Shown here one piece after another: positions 24,275 to 33,110 of a DNA stretch of 64,000 bases. A program made the position numbers and the translations under genes. The DNA is from a virus. Where the stretch lies: the IMG/VR virus record IMGVR_UViG_3300045988_165047, one strand, 5' to 3'. Below the pieces are notes generated by a model. That model was not told where the DNA came from. It ran no database searches and saw only the letters and a program-made list of their open reading frames with translations. Numbering within the stretch: position 1 is the stretch's first letter; each line of letters opens with the position of its first letter.

Positions 24275-24390
24275 AAGATTTCTAAGCTAGTATTTAGGTA
24301 GGGTGGTTGGAGTTGCACCAACACAGCCTATTGGCACCCACTTTAAGTAGGCTCGCTTACTACGTGCGCCACACCCTACACATTAGGCAA

Positions 24391-24455
24391 CCCCATAGAG
24401 GACTTGAACCTCAATCTTTCCCGTCGGACTGCTCTAGCCATTGAGCTAATGGGGG
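24391..24455 (-). pseudogene. truncated tRNA-like element (canonical D and T arms, no foldable anticodon arm)
   Basis: The minus strand reads CCCCCAT-TA-GCTC-AATGGCTA-GAGC-A-GTCCGACGGGAAAGATT-GAGG-TTCAAGT-CCTC-T-ATGGGG. The acceptor, D and T arms are recognisable. The central 17 nt cannot form a 5-bp stem with a 7-nt loop, and the whole element is only about 65 nt. Confidence 0.3.
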
Positions 24456-24619
24456 TAACGTAGGTACTTAGGAATTTGTTCGGTAACCTACTTGGTTGAG
24501 TATTAAAGTGACCCGAGTACTAACATATAGCTAATACAATCTCAACACCGACTATCTACTTAACCCTCCTATGGGTCGTAGACCAGCAACCTTTAATAGG
24601 AATTATGTTGCATATTTTG

Positions 24620-24692
24620 TCACCTCAGCAGGACTTGAACCTGCGACCCACGGGTTAAAAGCCCGTTGCTCTACCGACTGAGCTATAAGGTG
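24620..24692 (-). tRNA. tRNA-Lys (anticodon UUU)
   Basis: Hand-folded cloverleaf: CACCTTA/TGAGGTG acceptor, GCTC-AGTCGGTA-GAGC D arm, ACGGG-CTTTTAA-CCCGT anticodon arm, GGGTC variable loop, GCAGG-TTCAAGT-CCTGC T arm and discriminator A. Total 73 nt. Confidence 0.9.
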
Positions 24693-24790
24693 AAGTGGTG
24701 GTTTGAATTTTGACCCAACTCCTCCCAACCACCAAAGAGGAAGGTCCTACCAACTTAGCTTGATAGTGCTTGGCGACTGACAACCGCTCG

Positions 24791-24864
24791 TTTAGGAGGT
24801 GGGACTCGAACCCACGACCGATAGCTTAGAAGGCTATTGCTCTATCCAACTGAGCTACTCCTAA
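24791..24864 (-). tRNA. tRNA-Arg (anticodon UCU)
   Basis: Hand-folded cloverleaf: TTAGGAG/CTCCTAA acceptor, GCTC-AGTTGGATA-GAGC D arm, ATAGC-CTTCTAA-GCTAT anticodon arm, CGGTC variable loop, GTGGG-TTCGAGT-CCCAC T arm and discriminator A. Total 74 nt. Confidence 0.9.
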
Positions 24865-24957
24865 ATAATAGGTGGCAGAACTAACTCTGTAATTGTATAT
24901 CTGCACCTCCCAGCAGGCTTCCAAAATGCTGGGCGTTCTAATTAAACTACACCTAAC

Positions 24958-25020
24958 AGCGTGGGAAATCCCAAAACCCACGCTACTCACTCAAGCAACG
25001 TAGCACCCAGACGGCTACGT
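24958..25020 (-). terminator. two tandem hairpins downstream of the VWA gene
   Basis: ACGTAGC-(9 nt)-GCTACGT lies at 24998-25020 and AGCGTGGG-(11 nt)-CCCACGCT at 24958-24984. The first starts 9 nt after the stop at 25029. Confidence 0.45.
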
Positions 25021-25028
25021 GTGCAAAG

Positions 25029-26837
25029 TTAGGAAATTCTTACCGAAGCGTTATCAACCACAGCCTTTTTAATTATCCTTCCGAGGTCTATCGCAAGCGT
25101 AGACATATTCTCTAGGATAACATAATGCTTGAACATCTTAGCTGGGTCGTAAACGTGGTTAATACAAACCTGAATAACGCTAAAGTTCATCTTCTCCACA
25201 AGAGAGACCTTATTACGAACGTCTCTTACAGCTTCGTCCCCACCATAACCTCCAGCGCAAGGAGCACCATCTGAGATTACGAACATTATTACGGGGGTCT
25301 TAGTCATAGAGCGTACTCGCTTTGCAGTCTCATATATGGCAGTTCCGTCTCTATTCTGATAACGTTCACGAGAAGTTCCCAAAGAGTACTTAGGGCGATA
25401 GCGTCCCTCTCGGTAGATGAATATCTCTGTTGTTCTATCACGTAAATCGTCTCCCGAGTGCCCATAGATGAATAACTCAACTTGTGGAACACCTCCTACG
25501 GCTTCATTGATTAGCACAGCAGTATCTCGTGCACTTTGTATTCTACTACCACACATAGAACCACTCTCGTCAATAAGAACGCAGATGGCTATCTTGTCGG
25601 TTTTCACCTCGCCCTCTCTGATGTAGACACTAGGAACTCCTTGTACCGCCTCAGCGAGTTTGTTAGTATCAAGAACACCGCTTCGCATAGACCTATGTAT
25701 CAGCTTATACTCTTTGCAGTGTCCCTTGATTACTTTAGCTATGGCAGGAATATACCTTTTCACTCTATCAAGAGAGACTAGATAAGTGGAGGCATCTTCG
25801 GGAGCCTTAATGAACACAACGTCCTTTGTAGTCTCCTCCATAGTCCCCTCAATGATGTGAGAGGAAACCGCATCACGAAGTGCCCCACACTTATCAACGT
25901 CCTTAGAGGACTTAGTGGGCTTAATCTCTCGTAAGATTTCACGGAAGGTTTCTTCGGACGCATCCATATCCTCCGACATACGTTCCTCCGCACGGGCGAT
26001 TTCTTCTTCGGTGGGTTCTCCTTCTCCCGAAGCACCACCACTCTTCTCCCTTTCATCCTCAATGTAGAGGTCACGAATAATCTCAAAGATGTCTCTTGCC
26101 AATTCAAGGCAGTCATCATTATTCGTGGGGTAAGGTAACGTTACCTCCTTAATCCGCACCATATAGTCATAGAACTCTATGATGTCCTTTTCCTCTATGT
26201 ACTTTGGATAACGGATAATCTTTAGTAGGAGATTTACCGCCTTTTCGTAGAGGTTCAACTCTCTCTTCATTGACTCCAGAGTGTCTATGTAAACGTGGTC
26301 AAACACGTAGTACTTAACCTTCTCTAGGAAGTTTGCGAGACCTGGTTTTTCCTCTCCGATTAGTCGCTCAATTCGTTCATCTTCTACGATGTTCCAAATC
26401 GTGTGGATAGGTTTAGGAAGAGTACCTAAAGAGGAGAGGTCTGTGTAAAGTAGATGTGCCGCTTCGTGTACCGCAATACCAATAAACACGTCTACCTTTT
26501 CTCCCAAGGATAACTCTGGTTCGTCAAACACCTTAGTGGAGCAATGTAGTAGCTTCCCGTCAGTATAGCTATCAGAAGAGGAGGACACCTTAATAGATAC
26601 CTTAAAAGGAATGTCCATACTGATGACAGTCTCACTCGCTAATGAGTAGGCACGTTTGAGAACGTCCATTTCACTAAGCGTGGTATCTAAGAAGTAAGAG
26701 GAGTAAGAAGTACCCTCTAGGCGTTCCTCCCAACCAAGTCTTCCAGTAGTTCTCTTATGAACGTAGGTCTCACCATCTCGGTCAAACCAATCGTCCATAA
26801 GAGCGTCTACCATTTCATCGGTGATTATCTTGCTCAT
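25029..26837 (-). CDS. VWA-domain protein, CobT-like, with an N-terminal HExxH region
   Basis: 602 aa with a MIDAS motif 'VLIDESGSM', and upstream 'AVHEAAHLLYT' and 'WNIVEDERIERL'. It is coupled by a 4-nt overlap to the AAA+ gene. Confidence 0.85.
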   Translation of the reverse strand: MSKIITDEMVDALMDDWFDRDGETYVHKRTTGRLGWEERLEGTSYSSYFLDTTLSEMDVLKRAYSLASETVISMDIPFKVSIKVSSSSDSYTDGKLLHCSTKVFDEPELSLGEKVDVFIGIAVHEAAHLLYTDLSSLGTLPKPIHTIWNIVEDERIERLIGEEKPGLANFLEKVKYYVFDHVYIDTLESMKRELNLYEKAVNLLLKIIRYPKYIEEKDIIEFYDYMVRIKEVTLPYPTNNDDCLELARDIFEIIRDLYIEDEREKSGGASGEGEPTEEEIARAEERMSEDMDASEETFREILREIKPTKSSKDVDKCGALRDAVSSHIIEGTMEETTKDVVFIKAPEDASTYLVSLDRVKRYIPAIAKVIKGHCKEYKLIHRSMRSGVLDTNKLAEAVQGVPSVYIREGEVKTDKIAICVLIDESGSMCGSRIQSARDTAVLINEAVGGVPQVELFIYGHSGDDLRDRTTEIFIYREGRYRPKYSLGTSRERYQNRDGTAIYETAKRVRSMTKTPVIMFVISDGAPCAGGYGGDEAVRDVRNKVSLVEKMNFSVIQVCINHVYDPAKMFKHYVILENMSTLAIDLGRIIKKAVVDNASVRIS

Positions 26838-28057
26838 CGGCTCATAATGATTTTATTGACGATACCTCGTTCTCCTTCAGCCTTTGAACCTTCAAACATA
26901 GGCAGTATGCACAGGTCCATAGCGGTTATCGTGTCCCACCCATCAGAGATTAGCTGAGCGGTCATCAAGGTCTCTCTCGTGGAGATTGTTGTGGAGAGTT
27001 CTCCCTTTCGGAACAGACTTCTTATTGAGGTAGCCACCTTAACGATATGTTCCGCATTTTCAAAGGGGATGCGAGCACGCTGGACTAGAACCTTCTCCTC
27101 TTCCTTGGGGGGTAGGTAGTCTAACTCAATAGGGAAGAACCTACCAACGAGTGCTCGGTCAAGGGACATAGTTCCTGAGTACTCACTACCCACGTTAGCG
27201 GTAGCTATAAACACACACTCCTTATGGACCTTGACACTTCGTAGGTCATCACCACCTGCGAGTTCCACGGGAAGCGTTCGCCGACTATCCAAGCAGGGGA
27301 ATAAGATGTTATTAGTAGTTACGGGCGCACGGCTAAGTTCGTCCAGAATGATGACGCAGGGCTTCTGAATATCCTGTGTAAACTTTGCGTAGTCAAACAC
27401 ACTCTCTCCACCCTTCTTCAAGCGGTGAACACCTAAGAGACCTGCGATTGGGTCGTACATACTACCCATATCGTACACACAGCACTCCTTCTCCAGCTTT
27501 TCACAAGCGAGCATCACAAGCTCCGTTTTACCAGACCCCGTAGGTCCAACCATTAGAGTGTTCGTACCTGTTATGATGTTTCGGAGAAGAAGCTGCCAAT
27601 CGTTTTTACTTACGAAGAACCCATCATCTAAGATAGTAGGCCTATGGTACTTCAGCGAACTGAGCGTTTCTCTTACGGGGGTGCGCTTTCTTGGGCGGTA
27701 GATAACCTCCTCACCAACCTCCATAACAGAGGCTTCCTCAGAAGAGGAAACAGATGATACTCCGATGTATGCTTCATAAGCACGTATCATATCAGAAGGA
27801 GGTCTGTGCATTTCTTCCTTGTACTCGGTAACGTTCATAGGGTAAATCCTATCACTCGTTCCGTAGTACCCAGAGTGTACTTGCAGTCCTTCACCACCGA
27901 AGATGGTTCCGATAGGGTAAGCTATGCGAACGCTCTTATCTGCCTGCACATTGAGTGTAGTGTTTACAGCAGAGCCGTCCTCAAGGGTCTGTCCAGACAA
28001 GGCTCTAAGTCTTGTTCTGGCTCCGTCATTGACGGTCTTGAAAAAGTAGTACTTCAT
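26834..28057 (-). CDS. AAA+ ATPase, MoxR/CobS-like
   Basis: 407 aa with Walker A 'VGPTGSGKTELV' and Walker B 'CVIILDELSRA'. It is the classic partner of a VWA protein. Confidence 0.85.
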   Translation of the reverse strand: MKYYFFKTVNDGARTRLRALSGQTLEDGSAVNTTLNVQADKSVRIAYPIGTIFGGEGLQVHSGYYGTSDRIYPMNVTEYKEEMHRPPSDMIRAYEAYIGVSSVSSSEEASVMEVGEEVIYRPRKRTPVRETLSSLKYHRPTILDDGFFVSKNDWQLLLRNIITGTNTLMVGPTGSGKTELVMLACEKLEKECCVYDMGSMYDPIAGLLGVHRLKKGGESVFDYAKFTQDIQKPCVIILDELSRAPVTTNNILFPCLDSRRTLPVELAGGDDLRSVKVHKECVFIATANVGSEYSGTMSLDRALVGRFFPIELDYLPPKEEEKVLVQRARIPFENAEHIVKVATSIRSLFRKGELSTTISTRETLMTAQLISDGWDTITAMDLCILPMFEGSKAEGERGIVNKIIMSR

Positions 28058-28078
28058 TGCTTGGGATTTCTTTAGATG

Positions 28079-28258
28079 TTATTTCTTGAAGCCTTTCTCT
28101 AAGCGGTAGACTAAGTCCTCAGCTTCATTATGAAGGAGGTCCTTATAAAGAGTACGTTTTCGGACGAAGTCTCCCACCTGATAGAACTCCTCTATTTTAT
28201 ACCGCCCGTGTAGTTGTTTACGTATGCGGTAGTAGAGGACTTTTCGGTTTTTGTTCAT
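28079..28258 (-). CDS. 59-aa basic protein (below the track cutoff)
   Basis: Hand translation: MNKNRKVLYYRIRKQLHGRYKIEEFYQVGDFVRKRTLYKDLLHNEAEDLVYRLEKGFKK*. It fills the 28058-28307 gap on the coding strand. Confidence 0.4.
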   Translation of the reverse strand: MNKNRKVLYYRIRKQLHGRYKIEEFYQVGDFVRKRTLYKDLLHNEAEDLVYRLEKGFKK

Positions 28259-28261
28259 ACA

Positions 28262-28293
28262 CTAATATAGGGGTAACTAATGAGACTTCCAAA
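28262..28293 (-). promoter_or_regulatory. TTTG-N20-TATATTAG promoter-like element (family copy i)
   Basis: The minus strand reads CATTTGGAAGTCTCATTAGTTACCCCTATATTAG. The -7-like box ends 3 nt before the ATG at 28258. Confidence 0.4.
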
Positions 28294-28307
28294 TGGCTTA
28301 TTATGAG

Positions 28308-28664
28308 CTACTTGTCACTCTCAATGAGCCTTAGAAGGTGCTCAAAGTCATCGTTAGTCATTATCACGAGGGTGTCCTTAGACTTTTCAAAGTCCAGCAT
28401 AAAGATGGGCATCTTCCTGCGGTCACACTTTTTTCGTAGCATACGCCAATCAGCGAGCTTCAACGTGTACGATTCTTTAGAAGTGGTTTTAGCTTCCACC
28501 TCACAAAAATCAGAGATTACATCGTTCTGTCCAAGAGTAGCACCCGAGTTAATCGTAGCGTACCCTTTTAGCGATTTAGCGATACGGCTCTCTTGACGCT
28601 TTGACCTAGCACGTGTAGTTTCGCCATCAAGTTTAGCGAGGTACCCATAAGTTTTACCCTTCAT
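28308..28664 (-). CDS. PD-(D/E)xK nuclease, Hjc-like (paralogue of 20135..20572)
   Basis: 'ESRIAKSLKGYATINSGATLGQNDVISDFCEVEAKT' fits the E...SG...D...E.K pattern. The first ATG is at 28662-28664; the track start is a TTG. Confidence 0.55.
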   Translation of the reverse strand: MKGKTYGYLAKLDGETTRARSKRQESRIAKSLKGYATINSGATLGQNDVISDFCEVEAKTTSKESYTLKLADWRMLRKKCDRRKMPIFMLDFEKSKDTLVIMTNDDFEHLLRLIESDK

Positions 28665-29052
28665 AACCAAACTCCTTTAGTAGTTCATCTTCCCGAAGGT
28701 TCATAAGGTGGTCTTTCCACTTAGTGACCTTCTTAACTAAGGACGGCTCACTATGTCGGGTCATTTGGTCCAAGGCTAAATCTATCTCACGTTCCACAGC
28801 CTTGTGAATTGTTGGATAGACGAAAGAACCTCTCCATACCCCGTGACTAAGTCCCCAATTTTTGCAGGCTAGGGAAGACCCCGACCCCCAAACACCTTGT
28901 TTACGTGCGACACGTATTTCAAGGTGGAGGTCTCTACTACGTATTTCAGTAGTTATGGGAGATAGTAAAACCCCGTAGGGGTTAAACTCTCCTCCAATAT
29001 CCTTGGGGGTAAGTAAAACCACTACGGGGAACTCCGTGTTGTATGCGTTCAT
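28654..29052 (-). CDS. hypothetical protein
   Basis: 132-aa ORF on the coding strand. No motif. Confidence 0.55.
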   Translation of the reverse strand: MNAYNTEFPVVVLLTPKDIGGEFNPYGVLLSPITTEIRSRDLHLEIRVARKQGVWGSGSSLACKNWGLSHGVWRGSFVYPTIHKAVEREIDLALDQMTRHSEPSLVKKVTKWKDHLMNLREDELLKEFGYEG

Positions 29053-29053
29053 C

Positions 29054-29275
29054 TTATTCAGTTACATCGGGTCCACGAAAACCTAGATAGTAGCGAGCGT
29101 CTTGTAGAGTTCTAAAGGCTCTACCTTCTCGGTAAAACTTAGCGTCTACTAAGGGAGTTTCTCCCCAAGAGAGTTTAAGGATGGTCATACCATCATCGTC
29201 AATCCCCCAATAGGTTTCTCCGTTAGCAGGAAACTCTTGTAGAGGGGTTCCTATCTTTTCCTTGTCTAGTTCCAT
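29054..29275 (-). CDS. hypothetical protein
   Basis: 73-aa ORF, 1 nt from the next gene. Confidence 0.55.
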   Translation of the reverse strand: MELDKEKIGTPLQEFPANGETYWGIDDDGMTILKLSWGETPLVDAKFYREGRAFRTLQDARYYLGFRGPDVTE

Positions 29276-29283
29276 AGTTATTA

Positions 29284-30447
29284 CTAGTCTACGTCCGAAT
29301 CCTCTAGGAGGGCATATACCTCCTCTTCAATATCCTTAATCTGTTTGGTAGAGACAACCTCGGAAACGAAGTTTTCAATACCACTGACCTTGGTGTCCTT
29401 GTAGTAGTACCAAGCGCCTTTTCTCTCTACGATACCGAAGCGCATTGCTAGGTCAATTACCTGACCCTCTGCATCGGTAGTGTACGCCTTAGTAGCTCCG
29501 TAGTCAGTGAAGGCGTAGAAGAAGTTTGACCTTCTACCTGGACGACCACACTTGTTCTTGATACAATGGATAGAGATATTCTTCCCAACAGCGATGTCTC
29601 CTTCATCAGTCTTACCGACAATCTCCTTCAAGGGCTTGAACTTTACAGATACCGACTTAGTGCGTTTCAGCTGTTCCCCGTTTCGTATCACCTCGGGGTC
29701 TCCGTAAGCAATACCCGTCTTTTGATAAGCGGAATTGATTACGATAAGAGTAGCCTGCCCGTGAGGGTTTCTATTCATTGCAGACTGAAACTTTCGGAAG
29801 GCTTTGTTCCAGAAGCGAGCACCGCTAGCCATCTGTTGTTCCTCCATTGACTTTTCAACCTCGTCATCAGTACCGACTGCTGAGAGACTATCAAACACTA
29901 CAAGCCCGATATTCTCATCACAGAGTAGTGCCTGCACAATGTCTACCGCTTCAGTTAAGAGAGAGGTGCGGATGAGAATTAGCCCATCGTTGTCAATCCC
30001 GAAGCGTTCACCCCAATCGGGAGTGTAAGTACTCTCCAAGTCTACTAGAGCTACTCGGCGATATTCAGGCTCGTTCTCTGGTTTGTACCCCTTACGAAGA
30101 GTGTACCCGATAATCTCCTTGAAGCCTTCATCATCGTCATCGGAGTACTCAAACTTAGAGAAAGCGTTAGGCTCGTTATTCGCCCAATCGTACCGCTGAA
30201 ACCTTGCTATGGCATCGTAGGATAGATAGCTCTTAAGCGAACCATTCTCTCCGTAATGCTCAATAACTCTACCAACGGGGAAGCCCCCATCAGTTACGTA
30301 GTTATAGGCAGGGACAGAGCTTCGTACCTTAATGCAGTCTGGGGTATGTGAGGCTGTGTGAATAACACCCTCCCCCATTACATCACGGAACTTCTTGAGT
30401 ATTGCGCCGAGGCTAGTACCCTCAGCAGATTTCTTTTTCTTTGCCAT
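29284..30447 (-). CDS. RecA-family recombinase-like protein with an atypical P-loop
   Basis: 'GGFPVGRVIEHYGENGSLKS' aligns with RecA '[20 protein letters not shown]', 'LVVFDSLSA' with 'VIVVDSVAA', and 'MASGARFWNKAFRKF' with 'MGLAARMMSQAMRKL'. Confidence 0.8.
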   Translation of the reverse strand: MAKKKKSAEGTSLGAILKKFRDVMGEGVIHTASHTPDCIKVRSSVPAYNYVTDGGFPVGRVIEHYGENGSLKSYLSYDAIARFQRYDWANNEPNAFSKFEYSDDDDEGFKEIIGYTLRKGYKPENEPEYRRVALVDLESTYTPDWGERFGIDNDGLILIRTSLLTEAVDIVQALLCDENIGLVVFDSLSAVGTDDEVEKSMEEQQMASGARFWNKAFRKFQSAMNRNPHGQATLIVINSAYQKTGIAYGDPEVIRNGEQLKRTKSVSVKFKPLKEIVGKTDEGDIAVGKNISIHCIKNKCGRPGRRSNFFYAFTDYGATKAYTTDAEGQVIDLAMRFGIVERKGAWYYYKDTKVSGIENFVSEVVSTKQIKDIEEEVYALLEDSDVD

Positions 30448-32294
30448 TACAGAATTAGTATGAGTGGGTCAAAAACTCTCTTAGAGTAGGAGGGTACATC
30501 ATCTAGCTTAGCCTCCCACCAATTTTTAAGTATCTTCCCGTCTACGTCAAGAGGTACTTCTAACTTGATGGTGTTGCTCATCGCATCAATGATTATCTCT
30601 TCAGCGAGTAACATCTGGTCCTCCCTACATTCAAAGAGGAGTTCATCGTGAACCTGTAATAGGAAGTGACAATCAAGCCCCTCCTTTTTCAGTCGTTCAA
30701 CTGCTCGGATAGTAGACACCTTTACGATGTCAGCACCCGTGCCTTGCACTTTCGTGTTCACAGCCTGACGCATAGCCGCATAGTACTTTCCCTTGTTCGT
30801 TGGTTTAAGTGCTTCGGGGAGTCTTCGCATTCTACCGAACAGCGTGCGCACATATCCCTTAGCGGAAGCATCTTCTTCGGTAAAGTGCTTCCATTCAGCG
30901 AACCCCTTATAAGTGGTCATATAGTCCACCTGAATGATTTTGTTAGCGGTGGCTTCATCAACGTCAATGGTCTTGGCTAACTTACCACCGCCCATCCCGT
31001 ACAGAACACCGAAGTTTACCACCTTAGCACCCTTACGAGTTATACCCAATCGTTCAGCTACGTCAGAGTGGGGGTCTCCTCCCGAACGGAACACCTCCAA
31101 GAAGTGGGGGTCCTTACTAAGGTGCGCCATAACACGAAGCTCTAGCTGAGAGTAGTCGTAGTTAATAAACACGTAACCTGGACGAGGGATGAATGCTTGA
31201 CGAATAGGAAGGTCCTTGTTATTAGGCTGGTTCTGGAGGTTAGGGTTAGAACTACTTGCTCTACCCGTTTCAGTACCGCAACTATTGATGTCACCTCTAA
31301 GTACTGCGTGTTCGTCACACATACGAGGGATAGCCGTGATATATCCGCTTAGGAGTTTATTAAGCGTAGAGAACTCTTGCAGGCGTTCACCAATTTCGTA
31401 CCCCATTTCAGCCCACGCTTCGTAGGTAGCTGCATCAGTACTCGGCTCTCCCTTCTTAGTCTGCGATATTACGGGCAAACCCATCTTATCAAAGAACACC
31501 TCTTTCTTCTGTTTCGGGGAGTTCAGATTAAACACGCACCCTGTGGTCTCGTAGATGGAGTTCAGAGTTTCCTCTAGAAGTTGGTTTGCACGTTCCTCCA
31601 TTTCACTAAGGAGGGGGATGTCTATGAGAACTCCTCTAATCTTCGCATCACGTAAGATGGGTATCATAGGGAGTTCAATCCTATCGTGTATCTTCCACGC
31701 ATAGGAATCCATAAGCGCAGAGTACTTCTTGAAGAGTTCGGTAGTCCAACGAGTATCTTCACCAGCATACCCAGCGAGTATCTCTAGAAGTTCGTCACCC
31801 TTAACACTCCAATTCACTTTGTCCCACGAGAGTCCCGTCAATTCCTTGAACGTGGACTTCTCATAACCGAAGTCAGCCTTTACTCTTTGCTCTAGGTTTT
31901 TGTTTAGGCTAGGGTCGTACAGATGTATCATAACGAGGGTATCTGCATACAGCGTATAAGAGCTGTCCTCAATACCATTCATTAGGTTTATCATCGTGTC
32001 AAACTTTGCATTGTGCGCAATCATTCTAAAGCGGTGAAGCTCTTCGTTGCACACATTAGCAATCTCGGTGATGGGAACACCCTTAGAGAAGAAAAAGTCT
32101 GTGGGGCAAAACACGCTATCGTGTCCATCAGAGTGTACCGACAGACCTAAAGGTAGAGCATCGTAGCTAAGACCTGTTGTTTCCCAGTCAAAAGACACGA
32201 TACTATCCGCCTTAATTCCTTTAAGGTAGTCACGAAGTTCAGACGAACTCTCAAGAAGTCTAACGACCCCTTTATAAACAGGTAGCTTTTTCAT
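30447..32294 (-). CDS. polA: family A DNA polymerase with a 3'-5' exonuclease domain
   Basis: Exo motifs 'SFDWETTGL' and 'AHNAKFD'. Pol motif A is 'DYSQLELRVMAHLS', motif B is 'RKGAKVVNFGVLYGMG' and motif C is 'LLQVHDELLFE'. Confidence 0.95.
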   Translation of the reverse strand: MKKLPVYKGVVRLLESSSELRDYLKGIKADSIVSFDWETTGLSYDALPLGLSVHSDGHDSVFCPTDFFFSKGVPITEIANVCNEELHRFRMIAHNAKFDTMINLMNGIEDSSYTLYADTLVMIHLYDPSLNKNLEQRVKADFGYEKSTFKELTGLSWDKVNWSVKGDELLEILAGYAGEDTRWTTELFKKYSALMDSYAWKIHDRIELPMIPILRDAKIRGVLIDIPLLSEMEERANQLLEETLNSIYETTGCVFNLNSPKQKKEVFFDKMGLPVISQTKKGEPSTDAATYEAWAEMGYEIGERLQEFSTLNKLLSGYITAIPRMCDEHAVLRGDINSCGTETGRASSSNPNLQNQPNNKDLPIRQAFIPRPGYVFINYDYSQLELRVMAHLSKDPHFLEVFRSGGDPHSDVAERLGITRKGAKVVNFGVLYGMGGGKLAKTIDVDEATANKIIQVDYMTTYKGFAEWKHFTEEDASAKGYVRTLFGRMRRLPEALKPTNKGKYYAAMRQAVNTKVQGTGADIVKVSTIRAVERLKKEGLDCHFLLQVHDELLFECREDQMLLAEEIIIDAMSNTIKLEVPLDVDGKILKNWWEAKLDDVPSYSKRVFDPLILIL

Positions 32295-32310
32295 ATAGTA
32301 GTTTTACGAA

Positions 32311-32341
32311 GATAGGGGAAGCGTCTTAAGCCTCCCCTATC
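32311..32341 (-). terminator. hairpin between the SSB and polymerase genes
   Basis: GATAGGGGA-(13 nt)-TCCCCTATC forms a perfect 9-bp stem, 10 nt after the SSB stop. It may be an attenuator rather than a full terminator. Confidence 0.4.
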
Positions 32342-32350
32342 CATTAGTGG

Positions 32351-33055
32351 TTAGTCCTCGGTTTCGTAACCACGTTCATCTATCTCGTCATCGGAAGGTG
32401 GCTGACAGAGTTCTTCGCAGTCGGGGTACTTCTCCTTCCAACGAACAGGCTTCATTGGGGAGTCGTCCTCCTCGGCACGCTCAAAGTTGTAGGTACTATC
32501 CTTCCCCGAACCCGAGCGAGTAACCTCAAGAACTAACTCGGAGAGGTCCTTACCCTTCTTGTCTACGTACTGCTTGAGAGCGTTTGCGATGACCGTCCCG
32601 ACCTTCCAGATTTTTTCGTGAGGTTCATCGTTCTTGAAGCGCTTCTTATCCTTGTCCCAATTACCACGATAGTCAAGGAGTTTGAATGCCGCTCTCCACG
32701 TTTGTTTCACACCCTGCGAACACAGAGTGCAATGTCTTGACGTGTTAAGCTGGCAGGGAACTACTTGCCAATTACCTCGCTTGTCCTTGACCTGATGTGC
32801 GTCAAAGCAATAAGGCTCGTCTTGAAGGAACTGAATAACTGCCGATTCACCTGGCTTCAACCAAAATTCTCGGCACTGATTTTCAAGTTCGCTCTTGCGC
32901 TCTTCCATCTCCGTTTGTCTTCGTGCAACGGCTCCCCACCCTTGTGAAGAACCACGCTTTTCTGACTTCGCACTGCGACGAGGAGTTACCTCTTCATCGT
33001 CATCGTCAAGGTCTGCGGAGCGACCTAACTTCTTACTCTTGAATTTACTAGGCAT
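32351..33055 (-). CDS. gp32-like single-stranded DNA-binding protein
   Basis: 234 aa with a basic N-terminus 'KFKSKKLGR', a His...C-x8-C-x2-C zinc site ('FDAHQ...VVPCQLNTSRHCTLC') similar to T4 gp32, and an acidic C-terminal tail 'PPSDDEIDERGYETED'. Confidence 0.6.
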   Translation of the reverse strand: MPSKFKSKKLGRSADLDDDDEEVTPRRSAKSEKRGSSQGWGAVARRQTEMEERKSELENQCREFWLKPGESAVIQFLQDEPYCFDAHQVKDKRGNWQVVPCQLNTSRHCTLCSQGVKQTWRAAFKLLDYRGNWDKDKKRFKNDEPHEKIWKVGTVIANALKQYVDKKGKDLSELVLEVTRSGSGKDSTYNFERAEEDDSPMKPVRWKEKYPDCEELCQPPSDDEIDERGYETED

Positions 33056-33110
33056 ACTATTTTTTTGTTTAGTGTCATTGTATTGACATTATGAATATAC
33101 GGAGAGCTAA

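Noticed and set aside
24391-24455. The tRNA-like element, interpreted as a functional suppressor or frameshift tRNA with an expanded anticodon loop (stem CAGTC/GATTG with a 10-nt loop).
   Set aside because: That fold consumes part of the D stem and the T stem, leaves no variable region, and gives a 65-nt molecule. Long ORFs throughout the window read cleanly with the standard code, so nothing calls for a suppressor.
24909-24933. TTTTGGAAG motif upstream of tRNA-Arg, considered as a fifth copy of the TTTGGAAG promoter family.
   Set aside because: The motif sits in the loop of a perfect 7-bp hairpin (CCCAGCA/TGCTGGG). No TAnnTT box lies 20 nt downstream, so it looks like a terminator or processing hairpin rather than a promoter.
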